Source: Antedon mediterranea
Taxonomy: Eukaryota > Animalia > Echinodermata
Length of the DNA: 64,000 nucleotides
Reading direction: 5' to 3'
NCBI RefSeq assembly: GCF_964355755.1
Contig: NC_092675.1
Location: 9,543,812 to 9,607,811 of the forward strand
Position 1 is the first letter of the stretch, and every line of letters starts with the position of its first letter. Made by a program: the position numbers and the translations under genes. The notes beneath the pieces were generated by a model. That model did not search any database. It was not told where the DNA came from and was given only the letters and a program-made list of their open reading frames with translations. Positions 41,417-53,216 of the stretch are shown one piece after another.

Positions 41417-42357
41417 GGTCTAGCCATTTTGCCGCCCGGCACATTGCCACCCGGCCCTTTGCCACCCAGCCTTTTTTACTACTTGGCCTTTAGCCACCCA
41501 GTCCTTTGCTACCCAGCCGTATGTGGCATATTGCCACCTTGGGCCTTTTGACACCTGGGCCCTGCCACATGGCCAATTGCCACTACCGGCCATTTGTCAC
41601 CCGGCCATTTTCAACCCAGTCTGTGGCCATCGCTTAGTTTCCAACTGGCCTGTTGCCACCCGGCCTGCTGCAAACTGGCGTGCTTGCTACAAAGGCGCGT
41701 AGCGTCTGTGCGAATATATAATAGGTCTATACTTTTCCCCGCTCTCAGTAAAATTATTTGTGACTTGGGGGGGGGGGGGGTGGAGTCAATTTATTAAACC
41801 ATCTGAGATCCATCTGTGACCAATGATGGTATACAAGATCGTGGGATTTAAAAAAAAAACCTAATATCACGATATAGAGATAATTAGGCCCTATATTCTC
41901 ATGCAGTGGATATGCTACTGATCAATGTTAATTAAACAGTTGTTTTTACGAATTGTTTTGTGACAGTCAATTGCAGATTCTGTATATCATAGGATTTTGT
42001 CCTTATGAAATCAGTAACAAAATTGTATACATTTATTTGGATAAAATACAAATTAAGTGGTAAACAAGGTGGTCTACTTTAACAATTATTGGAAAACAAC
42101 TGGGTCTATACTATAGAAAAGCAATTAATTAAAATGATTTACACATTTTAATCTTGCGTTCATTTTATTTTAATTGCAGGCCTAATTAAGAAGGGCAAAT
42201 AACACTCTTAGATCAGGAGGCAAAAGGCCGGGTAGCAAAAGGCCGGGTGGCAAAAGCCTGAGTGGCAAAATGGACTGGCCCGGGTGGAAATGGGCCGGTG
42301 TCGAAATACCGGGTGGCGAAAGGCTGGCAAAAGGCCAGGTGGCAACCGGCCGGAACC
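41417..42357. mobile_element. Nested TIR element with inverted arrays of ~15-bp repeats
   Basis: Left array (CCTTTGCCACCCGG)n at 41424-41680. Right array (CCGGGTGGCAAAAGG)n at 42218-42352. AT-rich core. Termini GGT...ACC. Confidence 0.75.
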
Positions 42358-42487
42358 TTGTACTACTTACTATGCTAATTAAAGTTCAGGTGGGACATAT
42401 ATTGACCTATGACCCTTTCTTAAGGGGGGTCATGGTACAGGATTTGGTACTTTACCTTTTCTCAGTTGGTTAAACTTACTTATTGTA

Positions 42488-45400
42488 CACATTCATTTAG
42501 ACTAGACAAAAAGTAGTGAGCCCTCTAGCGGTCATTTGTGATTTCTGAGATTCATCGAAGCGCGACAACATCACCGGAAATGATGTGAATTTAAAATTTT
42601 AATAGGGTTAAACTCTTTTAACCAATTGAAAGCCTTCATTTATAGTTCCTTATGAATAATTCATGAGAATAATTAAAGCAAGGGTTGAAGAAGCATGTGA
42701 CTTGGTTTTTGGAAGGAACAGGATAGCAGTTATGATCGTGTCAGGTAATCATTGAATTTGCTCTTCTTTTTGTTAGATTTTATACGGTTTTTATCAATAA
42801 TAATATTGTACATTTTTACGAGACCATAAAAAAATTCCTCAATTTTTGAGTAAACGAGTGACTAAATAAAAAGTTACTATGTAATGTAAATATTCGTTTG
42901 ACAAAAAAATAGGCATGTTGATATTTTCAGGTATTTTTTAAATGGCGATTGAAATAGGTAAACAAATCACATGAATGACAGTGTTTTGTGCGAAGCTGGG
43001 CCTAGCCTTGATGGTCCAACGCGTACTGCGTGTTAATCAATGCGTATAGATATAAACGTAGTCGTTTAGGCCAATTTTTTACATGTTTATTTATTAATAT
43101 TAGGCCCCATTCTCATTTATTTTAATTAATGCACTGAATGTACCACACTTTACAATTCTATATAAATTAGATTTTGTACTTGTATTAAATTCAAACGTTT
43201 TATGGGATTTAAAACATTAAGCTAGGCCTAGTAGTAGGCCTAGGACCACAGGCTAGGTTTGTCAGCCTAATTTATCATGCAGTATACCTCTAGCCCATCT
43301 TTCAAATACATATTTAAATTAACATACTTTTTATATTTCTATATTTTGTATAGGATCTGACTCCAGAAAACATTTGCATCACTTGAAAGCGGCTATTTAT
43401 GGACAGCATGTTGACATTCAAAAAAATTTGACCAGCTCTTATTAATTAAATGTCTTTAAGGTTTTCATTATAAAGAAATGTACGGTGACAGAAATTTAAA
43501 TGATTCTCATAATAGAGGTTCTCATAGATTTAATATTGAAGGTAAATAAATAAAGGTGTTTGTTATTCTTGCCTTTAGAAATAAACATGTTGTTAGTACT
43601 ATATTATTAGGCCATTATACAAATTAAAACTAAAAAAATACAGTAATCATATTTAAGGCCTACGCAGCAGTACCTTATTTGATTTGATTTTTTTCAAATA
43701 TTTAATTGATGAAATAAATGAGTTTGACTTTTCAATTAGTTGCTATTTTATTATTAGTTTCTGTGTGTTTTTATTTATATTCTTAAAATAATTGTATACA
43801 ACAACTTTAAAGTATTGCGAAGAAGTGATCAAATTATAGTATTTGTATGTTATTGTCGCTTAAAATTATGGAGTTAAAGTATTTTATTTTAGGGTGACAG
43901 AAACGGTTAGGCAAGAAAAGAAATAAATTTGGGAATTTTTTTATGCGGTAAAAACAATTAAACATAATCTACCCCTAATGCATGTAAATGTAGAAAACAT
44001 TGCTTATGTTAGCGCGACCGAAACTCGCTACTGGGAATAGAGCCTGCAAAAGCGACGCGTGCACACCTACTCGGGCACCGACGGAGCGTGATCGATAGTA
44101 AATATACCCGACTTCAAATGATCATAAAATTCTTTTAAAAAATATCAACATTTTGATTTTTTGAGGATTAAAAGTAAAGATATTGAAATTTAACATAATA
44201 TTTATAAATATGTATTTAAAAATTCGGGAACAATTTTAGCGTGATATTAAAACTAACGTTTTAGAGTTCCGCGATTTCCTACGCAGGATTTGTTTCTTTT
44301 CATTGTTAATGGGCGAATGTTACCTAAACTAGAATCGTTATAAATCTTTTAAATTTGTATCTATATATAAATTTACGTAAGGGCAAAATTCGGTAAATCG
44401 CGCGTTATTTCTAGAATGTTTACTCGATGGTATATAAAGTTGGTTCGTACTTTCGATTTGCCCCAAATAGGGGTGTTTTTCGATCGTGGTATACACTGTC
44501 TAATGGATGTCCGTCTTGAAAAATACCCGCAGAAGATCATACGAGGATGCTTCGCATTTTCCTATCTCCTCCTACGATAATTGTTTTTAATGGCTGAAAA
44601 CCGGTTGAACAGCTCGAGTACAGCATCATAATGTTGAAGACAGGCCGATTTTCTTTAAAAAATACTATTTTCATAGATTTAATATACGTTTATACAAATG
44701 TATTGATTTGCGATGAATGGAACATTCCAATCTCTGTTCCACAAGTGTCTATTCCCTCAGGCGTCGTAAAGGCAAGTACTGTATACTCATAACAGAAATT
44801 CGATCCATTTTTTTTTTCAACCAACCCCACCATTTCAATCTGTGCTGCAGAGGTTGGATATACATTTTTTTTAAACGGATAATGAGCTAGCGTTTTCACT
44901 CGCCGTATATTATGTACACATCTTTATTATTGCAGTTAGACCACCCACATCACCACCCTTTCCTCACTGGCATGAGTAGCGTTGGTGGGTAGGGTAGGAA
45001 CCAACTTAAGTATGAATTGGCTCTAAGAAAAAATTGAAAACCATTATGCCTACTAATTAAGTTGAGTTAGATAATTTAATATTTATTGACGATTAAATCG
45101 AATTTATGATTTTCGCCGAATAGAGGTGGTTTTCACAAATTGTGTTATATTATATAAACATAATACACGTCGTAGTGATGTATCGTTACATGTACTTTTC
45201 TATTTCAATCGACTATGACGGTGATAGTTTCAACAAAGTATTAAATCGCAATGTTTTACTGTGTGTAGTGGAATATTATTAGTAAAACATGAAAACAATT
45301 AATATTTCGTTACTAAATGGATAAAGAATATATTTAAAAATTGTTCCTCTTTGCACCCATCCTCTTCCCCATCCCTCAACCCTAATGTTACATACAAAAC

Positions 45401-45931
45401 ACAAATTAAGTTTGTTTAAATTTAAACAATTGGTCTCATTTTGTGACAAGTTTCTCTTTTGGAAGTAATTCCCAGGGTGCTAAATTTAGTTGAGTACATA
45501 AATCAGTGTCTATTTATTCGTTCCTGTAAACGACATGTATTATTGTCCTGCGGTACGTACATTTGAAATCGCCAGTTTTTTAACTCTGAAATTATTATGT
45601 ATTCGAGAACCATCTGTGGGCACGACCTAGATGGTACGCGAGCGAAGCGAGCGTACCATCTAGTTATAAGTAATTTCTTTAGTATTCTTAGTAACATCGA
45701 ATGTCTCTAATTAACTAGCAGTTATTTATACTAACTATTGTTCAATAATAAGCGTGTATGAAGTGAAAATCTATAGTAATAATGTTCTTAGTCAGTTCGT
45801 CTCGCTCGCGTGAAGTCTTCGGGTTTCTCAATAAAATTCTCAGCGGTTTGATAGGCTCGCGCTAATGTTTAAATCAAAAGCGCTCTCAAAACACTTTTTG
45901 TCCAAAATTCCCAATATGACGTGGGTGTGTG
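42488..45931. mobile_element. 3.4-kb insertion splitting the host right arm (CAC...GTG termini, TA duplication; EnSpm/CACTA-like)
   Basis: The host unit ACTTATTGTA|TTGTCAAAGGTTTCATCGATG (intact at 46213) is interrupted as ACTTATTGTA|CACATTC...GGGTGTGTG|TACTTTCCAAGGTTTCATCGATG. The superfamily assignment is inference. Confidence 0.55.
45627..45664 (+). mobile_element. Helitron-like 3' terminal hairpin ending CTAG|T
   Basis: Perfect 13-bp stem CTAGATGGTACGC / GCGTACCATCTAG around GAGCGAAGCGA, followed by T. The 5' end was not located. Confidence 0.5.
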
Positions 45932-46855
45932 TACTTTCCAAGGTTTCATCGATGTATTTGATCATGCTACTTTTAATGACCACTAATTAATTAGTTTCTT
46001 AAGAAGATTAGGTACAGGGGAGTTGATAATTAATGATACAGTAGATCTTCAACTAGACTCTAAAAATAAACATTTCTGCATTGGTTTTACATGTGTACTC
46101 ATTATGTTAATTAAGTCTAGGTGGGACATATATTGACCTTTGACCCTTTCTTAAGGGGTCATGGTACAGGATTTGGCACTTAAGAATTACGTTTTCTCAG
46201 TTAGGTAAATGTACTTATTGTATTGTCAAAGGTTTCATCGATGTACTCGACCATGCTAATTAAAATGCTAATTAGCGCTAATTAGTGGCTTTCTTAAGTG
46301 GACTAGGTACAGGAGTTGACACTTAAGAATTACAGATCTTCAATTAGACCCTAAAAATAAAAATGTTAACATTGGTTTCATTTATGTACTTGATTATGCT
46401 AATTAAATCAAATTTTGGGGTATTTTGAGCGCCCCCTCCCTAGAGTTGGTACAGGGGCGGCCTCACTTGACATATTCTATGCCTCAGACCTTTTGTACTC
46501 GCAATGCTAAACAAATCTTCATGGGCTTCCGGATTAAAAAAACAAACAGGAAGCATAAAGACAATGAACGATGTAAATGGTAATTATTGGAATTTGGTTG
46601 GTAGCCACATGGAGCAGAGGAGACTAAAACACGATGGGTCAGTGGTGAGCAAAAAGAAAGTGTGCATATTTTATACATTTTTTATAAAAACAAAATACTG
46701 ATTAATAAATAGGTTTATTACGAAACTTAAAGACCTATAAAATTAATTACCTAAAGGTATCTAATTTTATATTCGGCCCGGGATGATTCGGCCCTGAGAC
46801 GATGGATTCGGCACACTTTTATTTAATTTATCGACTTTAATATGCATTTTTAATT

Positions 46856-47538
46856 CGCCGTGGTTTGGATTCCGGCACCGGAACTCAACTGCCCACCGTT
46901 AGGGAATCCGACATGCTATTGCGTATGCCCATAGCTCTGGGAAGTGAATTATAGCTTGCACTTATAGAGTGCCACACACACCACACCACCGAGAGTCGAA
47001 GTGTTATAGGGATTACTGTAGCCTAGATAGTCGTTGCGCGAGGGAGAGAGCGATGGATGAAACTTTGCCTATGCCATACATGAATTAATAATTAAAATTC
47101 GACTACGCCACGCGTTAAAATAATTATAATGATATTAATAAGTATCAGTTTCTATCTAAGATTCGTAATGCGGTTTTTAGCGTTGCGACCCTGACTTCCC
47201 GAACAGTTTTTTCACATCCAACTTGTGATTGCATGTTGTTATCAGGGACAACTCCCTGTTGTTATGTACAGTATAATGCGTTATGAAAAATCATAAAACT
47301 AGTCATGTAATTATTATAATTCATAATGATATGAAGTTTATATATGAATAAAGCAACCACTTTTTAATTACAAAATAAATAGGCCCACTGGTCACGTCTA
47401 ACTGGTAGCCCTAGCCTAGATTAGTGGATCCCGTATTAGTAGGCATCTATAGGCTAGTTCGCCGTGTGGCGCAGCTATGAAATGATCCATCGCTGTTGAT
47501 AAGTATAGAGTCGCCGATTACCTCGCTCTGGGCATGCG
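46856..47538 (-). mobile_element. MITE copy A (inverted relative to copy B, one TIR truncated)
   Basis: Starts CGCCGTGGTTTGGATTCCGGCACCGGAACTCAACTGC. The body is the reverse complement of 47630-48339. Confidence 0.85.
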
Positions 47539-47565
47539 TATTTTATATGCTTATAAAATTAAAAA

Positions 47566-48339
47566 CGCTGTGGTTAGGATTCCGGCACCGGAACTCAACT
47601 GCCCAGCGTTAGGGAATCCGACATGCTATTGCGCATGCCCAGAGCGAGGTAATCGGCGACTCTCCTCTACAATAACAGGGATGGATCATTTCATAGCTGC
47701 GCCACACGGCGAACTAGCCTACATGCGTAGGCCTACTAATACGGGATCCACTAATCTAGGATATGGCTACCAGTTAGACGTGATCAGTGGGCCTATTTAT
47801 TTTGTAATTAAAAAGTGGTTGCTTCATTCATATATAAACTTCATATCATTATGAATTATATACAGTAATTACATGACTAGTTTTTTTGATTTTTCATAAC
47901 GCATTATACTATACAACATGCAATCATAAGTTGATTTGTTGACGGCAGCCACCGCGTAGATGATGTGAAAAAACTGTTCGGAAATTCAGGGTCGCAACGC
48001 TAAAAACAGCATTACGATTCTTAGATAGATACTGATTCTTATTAATATCATTATAATTATTTTAACGCGTGGCGTAGTCGTATTCTAATTATTAATTCAT
48101 GCATGGCATCATAGGCCAAGTTTCATCCATCGCTCTCTCGCTCGCGCAACGACTATCGAGGCTACAGTAAATCCCTATAAAACACTCCGACTCTCGGTGT
48201 GGTACGTGTGTGGTGTGTGGCACTACTGTATTATTGTGTAAGCTAATTCCCTTCCCAGAGCTCTGGGCATGCGCAATAGCGTGTCGGATTCCCTAATGGT
48301 GAGCAGTTGAGTTCCGGTGCCGGAATCCTAACCACGGCG
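47566..48339 (+). mobile_element. MITE copy B, complete, ~80-bp TIRs
   Basis: CGCTGTGGTTAGGATTCCGGCACCGGAACTCAACTGC...GCATGCCCAGAG and CTCTGGGCATGC...GCAGTTGAGTTCCGGTGCCGGAATCCTAACCACGGCG|TA. Confidence 0.88.
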
Positions 48340-48877
48340 TATAAAATAAGCTTTTTCCCCAAACTTTATTTTCAAAGAGACTATGCCATGGGGTAGGACT
48401 AGTAGTAGTACTACTAGGGATAAAGATGCAATAAAGCAAACATTTTGAAAACATTGTCGAAAAGTATCATTTTTTACTCACGCGAACGATGTAAACAAGT
48501 TACGCCCTCTGTTAGCCGCTTGGCGAATGCAAGTAATAAATTGAATATAAAATTACGTTTTTTTTATTTATTTATATATTATATCAACATTTTCAATATC
48601 AATAGAATACGGATTTTTAAACACCTTTAAAAACGTGATAAATACCAACAAAAATTAATATGAATTTGGTCTAAAGTGAGACGTTTCGGCCGGCCCACAA
48701 AGTGGGATGTTTCGGCCAATAAAGTAGGCCGAATCGTCCCCCGGATTCGTCGCCCGCCAACCAATTTGCCACACACGACGTACACACAACCACGGCCGTT
48801 TAGAGGGCCTAGCAAAAGGTCTACCAAACCAAATACACCCAGAATATGCGATACGATTTGTCTGTAAAACATCTCAC

Positions 48878-48974
48878 CGTTTGTTACGTTCTCTTCTATC
48901 ATCGATGGTGACCTAAATAATGCTTTCCTAATTGGAAAGGAATCAACTGGACTTAGGCCTACACTGTCCGCCAT
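48878..48974 (-). CDS. ANAPC16: Anaphase-promoting complex subunit 16, exon 1
   Basis: aaaaATGGCGG start. MADSVGLSPVDSFPIRKALFRSP contains the APC16 RKALF motif. Donor AACG|GTGAGA, phase 1. Confidence 0.88.
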
Positions 48975-48999
48975 TTTTTAAATGATGAAGAACATCAGT

Positions 49000-49130
49000 T
49001 AATGTTTCGACGTTGGTGGCGATATTTTACAATTGGCATGTACTGTTGTACATATTAATATACAACATAACAGCAAAGATAGAGTGGTTGGCAACAGATT
49101 GGCAACAGATTGGCAAGCAGCTGCTCATTG
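49000..49130 (-). promoter_or_regulatory. Putative ANAPC16 promoter with tandem CCAAT boxes
   Basis: The 11-bp unit TTGGCAACAGA occurs 2.6 times at 49088-49116 and creates two CCAAT boxes on minus, about 120-140 bp upstream of the ATG. Confidence 0.4.
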
Positions 49131-49399
49131 ATGAGAAATATTTCTTATTTATTTGAAATGAATAAAATAACCGCTGTATATTAATTTCAGTTGCTTTAAA
49201 AACAAACACAGGCAGCTGTTTTTATCTGTAACAAAAGTGAAGGCAGTTTAACCATATTATAGGTCCATGGTTTAACCCTATCTTTTTTTCAATACTCTTA
49301 CAATTATTTAAATTTAATTTACCTCTACTGAGGATGGACAACCCTAATAAATTAAAAAATTGTTGTTTATTTAAAGAGAGTAAACATGAGTAAAAGAAA

Positions 49400-50599
49400 C
49401 TGTAAATGTATTATATCACTTTATTAAATATTTGTCCAATCCTAATATAACTTAAATATAAATTTTAATCAAATCACCCAATGTGTACAAATAGTTCCAA
49501 GTTTTTAAATATACAAAATAACATGCTCTCAATGTTAAAATAACTCAAGCTCATCATATTGTAATTTAATTCTACTATCACTGAGTATATCCTGGTGCCC
49601 CAATTGTACAAGAAATGTACAAATCAGAAAGAAAATAACCAAATGTGTACGGTACTATTTCTACTTCGTTCATTAGTATTGGGTCTACCATGTACATTAT
49701 GTGTAGACCTAATAGCTGGCCATGTTGACAGACATTCTACAACTTAAGAAAGTAACCATAAACAAAATAAATCATAAGATATATACAGTATAGTAAATGT
49801 AAACAATAATGAGAAAAATCCAATACATTTTAAGAAAAGTATTTACAAGTAATCTCCAATCTATAGACCTAATCTGTCAAAATATTTGATAGTACTAGTA
49901 GGCCTTTGTATTCATAATAAAAAATAATAACACAGTATTTAAAGCAAATACATCCTCATGATAATAAATAACCAAACCCATACAGATTATTGTACATTTA
50001 AAACAAAGTAAAATGCTATAACATTTTTAGGATAATTGATAAATGAAAAAAAGATGTATTTTCTCCAAAATATAAAAAAGGTTGTAATGAAATGGCAATG
50101 CATATTATACTAGTACTGTATAACTACATACTACAAAGGGATTTATCAACTATATCTAAAAAAATAAACAACTTTAAACCTTCTGAAAGCTGCAAACTAT
50201 CATTCTCTGCCAGTGGATACATGTTTTAATATACTGTAGCCCCTTCCTATGAGTACAGTGTATAAAGTGTATAAAATGGGTGTTGTCAGAATAAGGTTGG
50301 ATTGTTTTTTTTTTCAGAAGTGACCCCTTAATAGAAGTATAGCTAAGGAGGGTTCTAGTGTATCTATTTTAAACAAAATAATGAATAAGCCTAATCTGAT
50401 TCTAATCTAATCCTAATCTGATTCTATAAACGGTGGTTTTAATATGGCAACAAAATTATAACTAAGCATCATTTAAGTTTTTTTTTATAAATCTACATTT
50501 TGAATAAATTCAAAAACATTTTTCCCATCCTTCCTCTCAATAAAATGGCATAATGAATGGAATAAAGTTAATCACTACACAATTGAAATTAGGATACTT

Positions 50600-50635
<36 letters not shown>

Positions 50636-51775
50636 CCAAAGGCAAATTACTGAAAATAATATATATAATAATGTATATATATATATACATACACAAAAAA
50701 AATTAAATAAATTGGAAGGAATAAAACAGACCTAGGAAAAGCAAACGGAAACAACAACAAAGCAGAGAAATTTCAATAAAGAAAAACAATAACAAGAAAG
50801 AAAAGGCACAAGAAAACAAATTAAAATAAGATGTGTACATTATTAGTAAATGAGTTTGTTATACTGTAATGTACAGTATGATATTTAAATTAAAAAATTA
50901 ATTTTTCTAATAAATAAACATACTTCTTGGACATTATTAACCTTTATTAGTCAGGGTAGGACAAACCAAAGCATAAAACAGTACATAACAATTGCATTGC
51001 AACATTTTCCAAAAAGCTAGCTACTATTACTCATACTGGGACAAAGAGGGAATTGAAATAATATTAAGAGAGTGTATCTAACTGTAGTGTGAGAAAGCAT
51101 ATTGCACAACAGATTGGCTATTAATTAGAATAATCTATACAGAAATTAAATTTGGGCATATTTTGGTGAAATTAGGTAAAACGGTAATTAAATCAACCCA
51201 TTTATCTCAAATCTAAAAATGAAACGAAACGAAGCTACTATGAATGGCCCATTTTAGAAAGTGCCTCAAAATACCAAAACATTCTTTTCAAGATGGACGG
51301 TATTTTAATTTTTAAACAGCCTATGAACCCTAAACATTCTTTCAAAACATCAGTAAAAACAGCATGTGTGATTTCCAATAATATTAAAAAGAATTATAAA
51401 TTAATACCAAACATATCCTCTAAAATCATATTAAATATATTTAATAATACCCAGGCACTCATTTTCATTACATAAGGTTCAAACTTATTATGTATGCAAG
51501 TTAATAAAAATTAACCAGTTATACTATGTCCTACCTCCACCGGTATAAAAATCTGATTATATGCCATTTATTATTTAAAACCTAAATAATTAAATATCCG
51601 AAGTGAACAACAACTTTTTTTTTTACTTAAAACAAAAATAATTGTCTACATACTATAGAAAATTGGAAAATACTACTATTATTTTTGGCTGCAAATGTGC
51701 AAATTGGCACAATCAGTTATATTGCTATCTTGTCTTGTATATCATCAGGCTGAATAATCTGTTCTATGTTGAATT
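49400..51775 (-). other. Probable terminal (3' UTR) exon of the TGN46/KCT2-family gene
   Basis: Strong acceptor (poly-T)attgtag| at 51776. A donor TAG|GTAACA follows the stop of exon 5 directly. AATAAA on minus at 49420-49425 is followed by U/GU-rich sequence. The end point is approximate. Confidence 0.55.
50604..50632. repeat. (AT)n microsatellite in the putative 3' UTR
   Basis: About 14 uninterrupted AT units. Confidence 0.9.
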
Positions 51776-52071
51776 CTACAATAAAAAAAAAAACAATTAA
51801 ATAGTAAACATATATTTATTTACAAACAAGTATACATTCTTAATTGTTATCAGCAATAAATGCATTTGTAAAAATTCAACTAGTGTTTTATGTAGTCCAC
51901 CAGTCAGTGAAAGTCTAGTTTAGTTAGGCCTAGGCCATGTCACGAAGCTTCCACCTGCCAACATTTTTTTGTGTGCACGTCCAAGCTAGTTAGGGCCTAC
52001 ATACAGTAGGCTGACATTGGCAATGTTTTCGGCAGCGTTAATTTGGAGGGATGAAGAGCATGTAATGTTAC

Positions 52072-52179
52072 CTAAGCTTTGAGAGTTGGCATAGCATCAC
52101 TCACATTCTGGTTAAGTCTACGGTAACTTCCACCTCGCTTTCCATTCTTTCCTCTTCCCTCAATTATAACTGCAATTAT
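52072..52179 (-). CDS. TGOLN2: TGN46/KCT2-family gene, coding exon 5 (cytoplasmic tail with YRRL sorting motif); not in ORF track
   Basis: actttttacag|ATA: IIAVIIEGRGKNGKRGGSYRRLNQNVSDAMPTLKA*. IIA..EG and YxRL resemble TGN46 (YQRL). NVSDAMPTLK resembles the KCT2/C5orf15 tail (NVNEAMPSLK). Confidence 0.92.
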   Translation of the reverse strand: MIAVIIEGRGKNGKRGGSYRRLNQNVSDAMPTLKA

Positions 52180-52335
52180 CTGTAAAAAGTTTAGAAATCA
52201 GTAAGGATTACCTACAACAAACAAATTATGAGATCAATTAAAATATATATGTAGCAGGTCACTCACTTTCTTGGAATCCATGTGGTTGACCATACTTAAC
52301 TAATGGAGACTATAGACCTGGCCTGTAACCACTCA

Positions 52336-52503
52336 AGCTTGGTTCTCACTAGAACGTAACGCAAGGACGTAAACGCAACGCAAGCGTTTTAACCAATGAC
52401 AAGCGAAGTTATAGACAGTTAGCAATCACAAGCGAATAAGCCATCGCTTGTGATTGGTCAATTCACTTGCGTTGCGTTACGTCCTTGCGTTGCGTCACAA
52501 GTG
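52336..52503. mobile_element. Palindromic Tourist/Harbinger-like MITE, right end truncated
   Basis: AGCTTGGTTCTCACTAG..ACGCAAGGACGTAAACGCAACGCAAG. The interior is almost identical to 61088-61271. Confidence 0.8.
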
Positions 52504-53216
52504 CCTTATTTTATGGAATTGGTATCAAATAATTACTTGGGTGTGACCTTAATGGATATACCAGCTCTTGGGAGGGGACAAGGAGGGTCACCTTCCTGGA
52601 TTATTCCTTAAATGGAGATACACAATCGCGATCACAATCTGGAAATAACTTGGACTAATAGCTACAACTTAATAATTCTCTGTGTACCTGTATATAGTGT
52701 AAAGTAAAGTACCCTTGAGAAATTAACAAGAGTCTGTGTCAGATATAAAGAGTGCTAAATATATGATTGAACCGAATTTGAATAAAAAAATCAGGGGCAG
52801 ATGCAGAATGTTTTACATGGAGGAGCGCTAACATAATATTTATAGTAAAAAATAAATATCAAGAAGTAAGTAGAAATATCAATGACGGTTTAGCTGTCAC
52901 AGGGGACAGAGCACGACCCAAGCACTACACCACTGGATAATACTTTTTAAATCAAACTGTACTTTTATTCAGGTATAAAAATGAAATATGTATAATAAAT
53001 AATAACAATACTAATAACATTGTAAGTTGCCATAAAATTGGAAAAGCTGATCTTTCGTTGCTATATTGAGGAGTGCAATTAAATAATATAGTTTGTACAT
53101 TTAAGTTGTGTGTAATGTTGAATACAGTAGAATAACATCTCTTGCTCCCTCTCAAACCTTTTGTATCTCTTGCACTTGAAATCCCTTCTGTTTTGAGGTA
53201 CGAGAAATAAACTTAC

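Larger units (their letters stand above)
38597..46536. mobile_element. Foldback/long-TIR DNA transposon (arms ~730 bp) hosting nested insertions, in ANAPC16 intron 1
   Basis: TAGTCCGGGAGCCCATGAAGATTTGTTTAGCATTGCGAGTAC ... GTACTCGCAATGCTAAACAAATCTTCATGGGCTTCCGGATTA. The left arm is 38597-39325, with two ~300-bp tandem units. The right arm is split into 42370-42487 and 45932-46536. Confidence 0.88.

Noticed and set aside
41594-42473. GC-rich ORFs at 41594 and 42270
   Set aside because: They are translations of the 15-bp transposon repeat arrays.
42700-43560. Plus-strand exon-like pieces (AG|GT signals near 42745, 42930, 43353) as a transposase gene
   Set aside because: No sustained reading frame or transposase motif could be assembled.
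48627-48877. Distal part of the 115-aa ORF as a single-exon gene
   Set aside because: A strong donor at 48877 and the in-frame downstream APC16 exons explain it. The remainder is intronic repeat.
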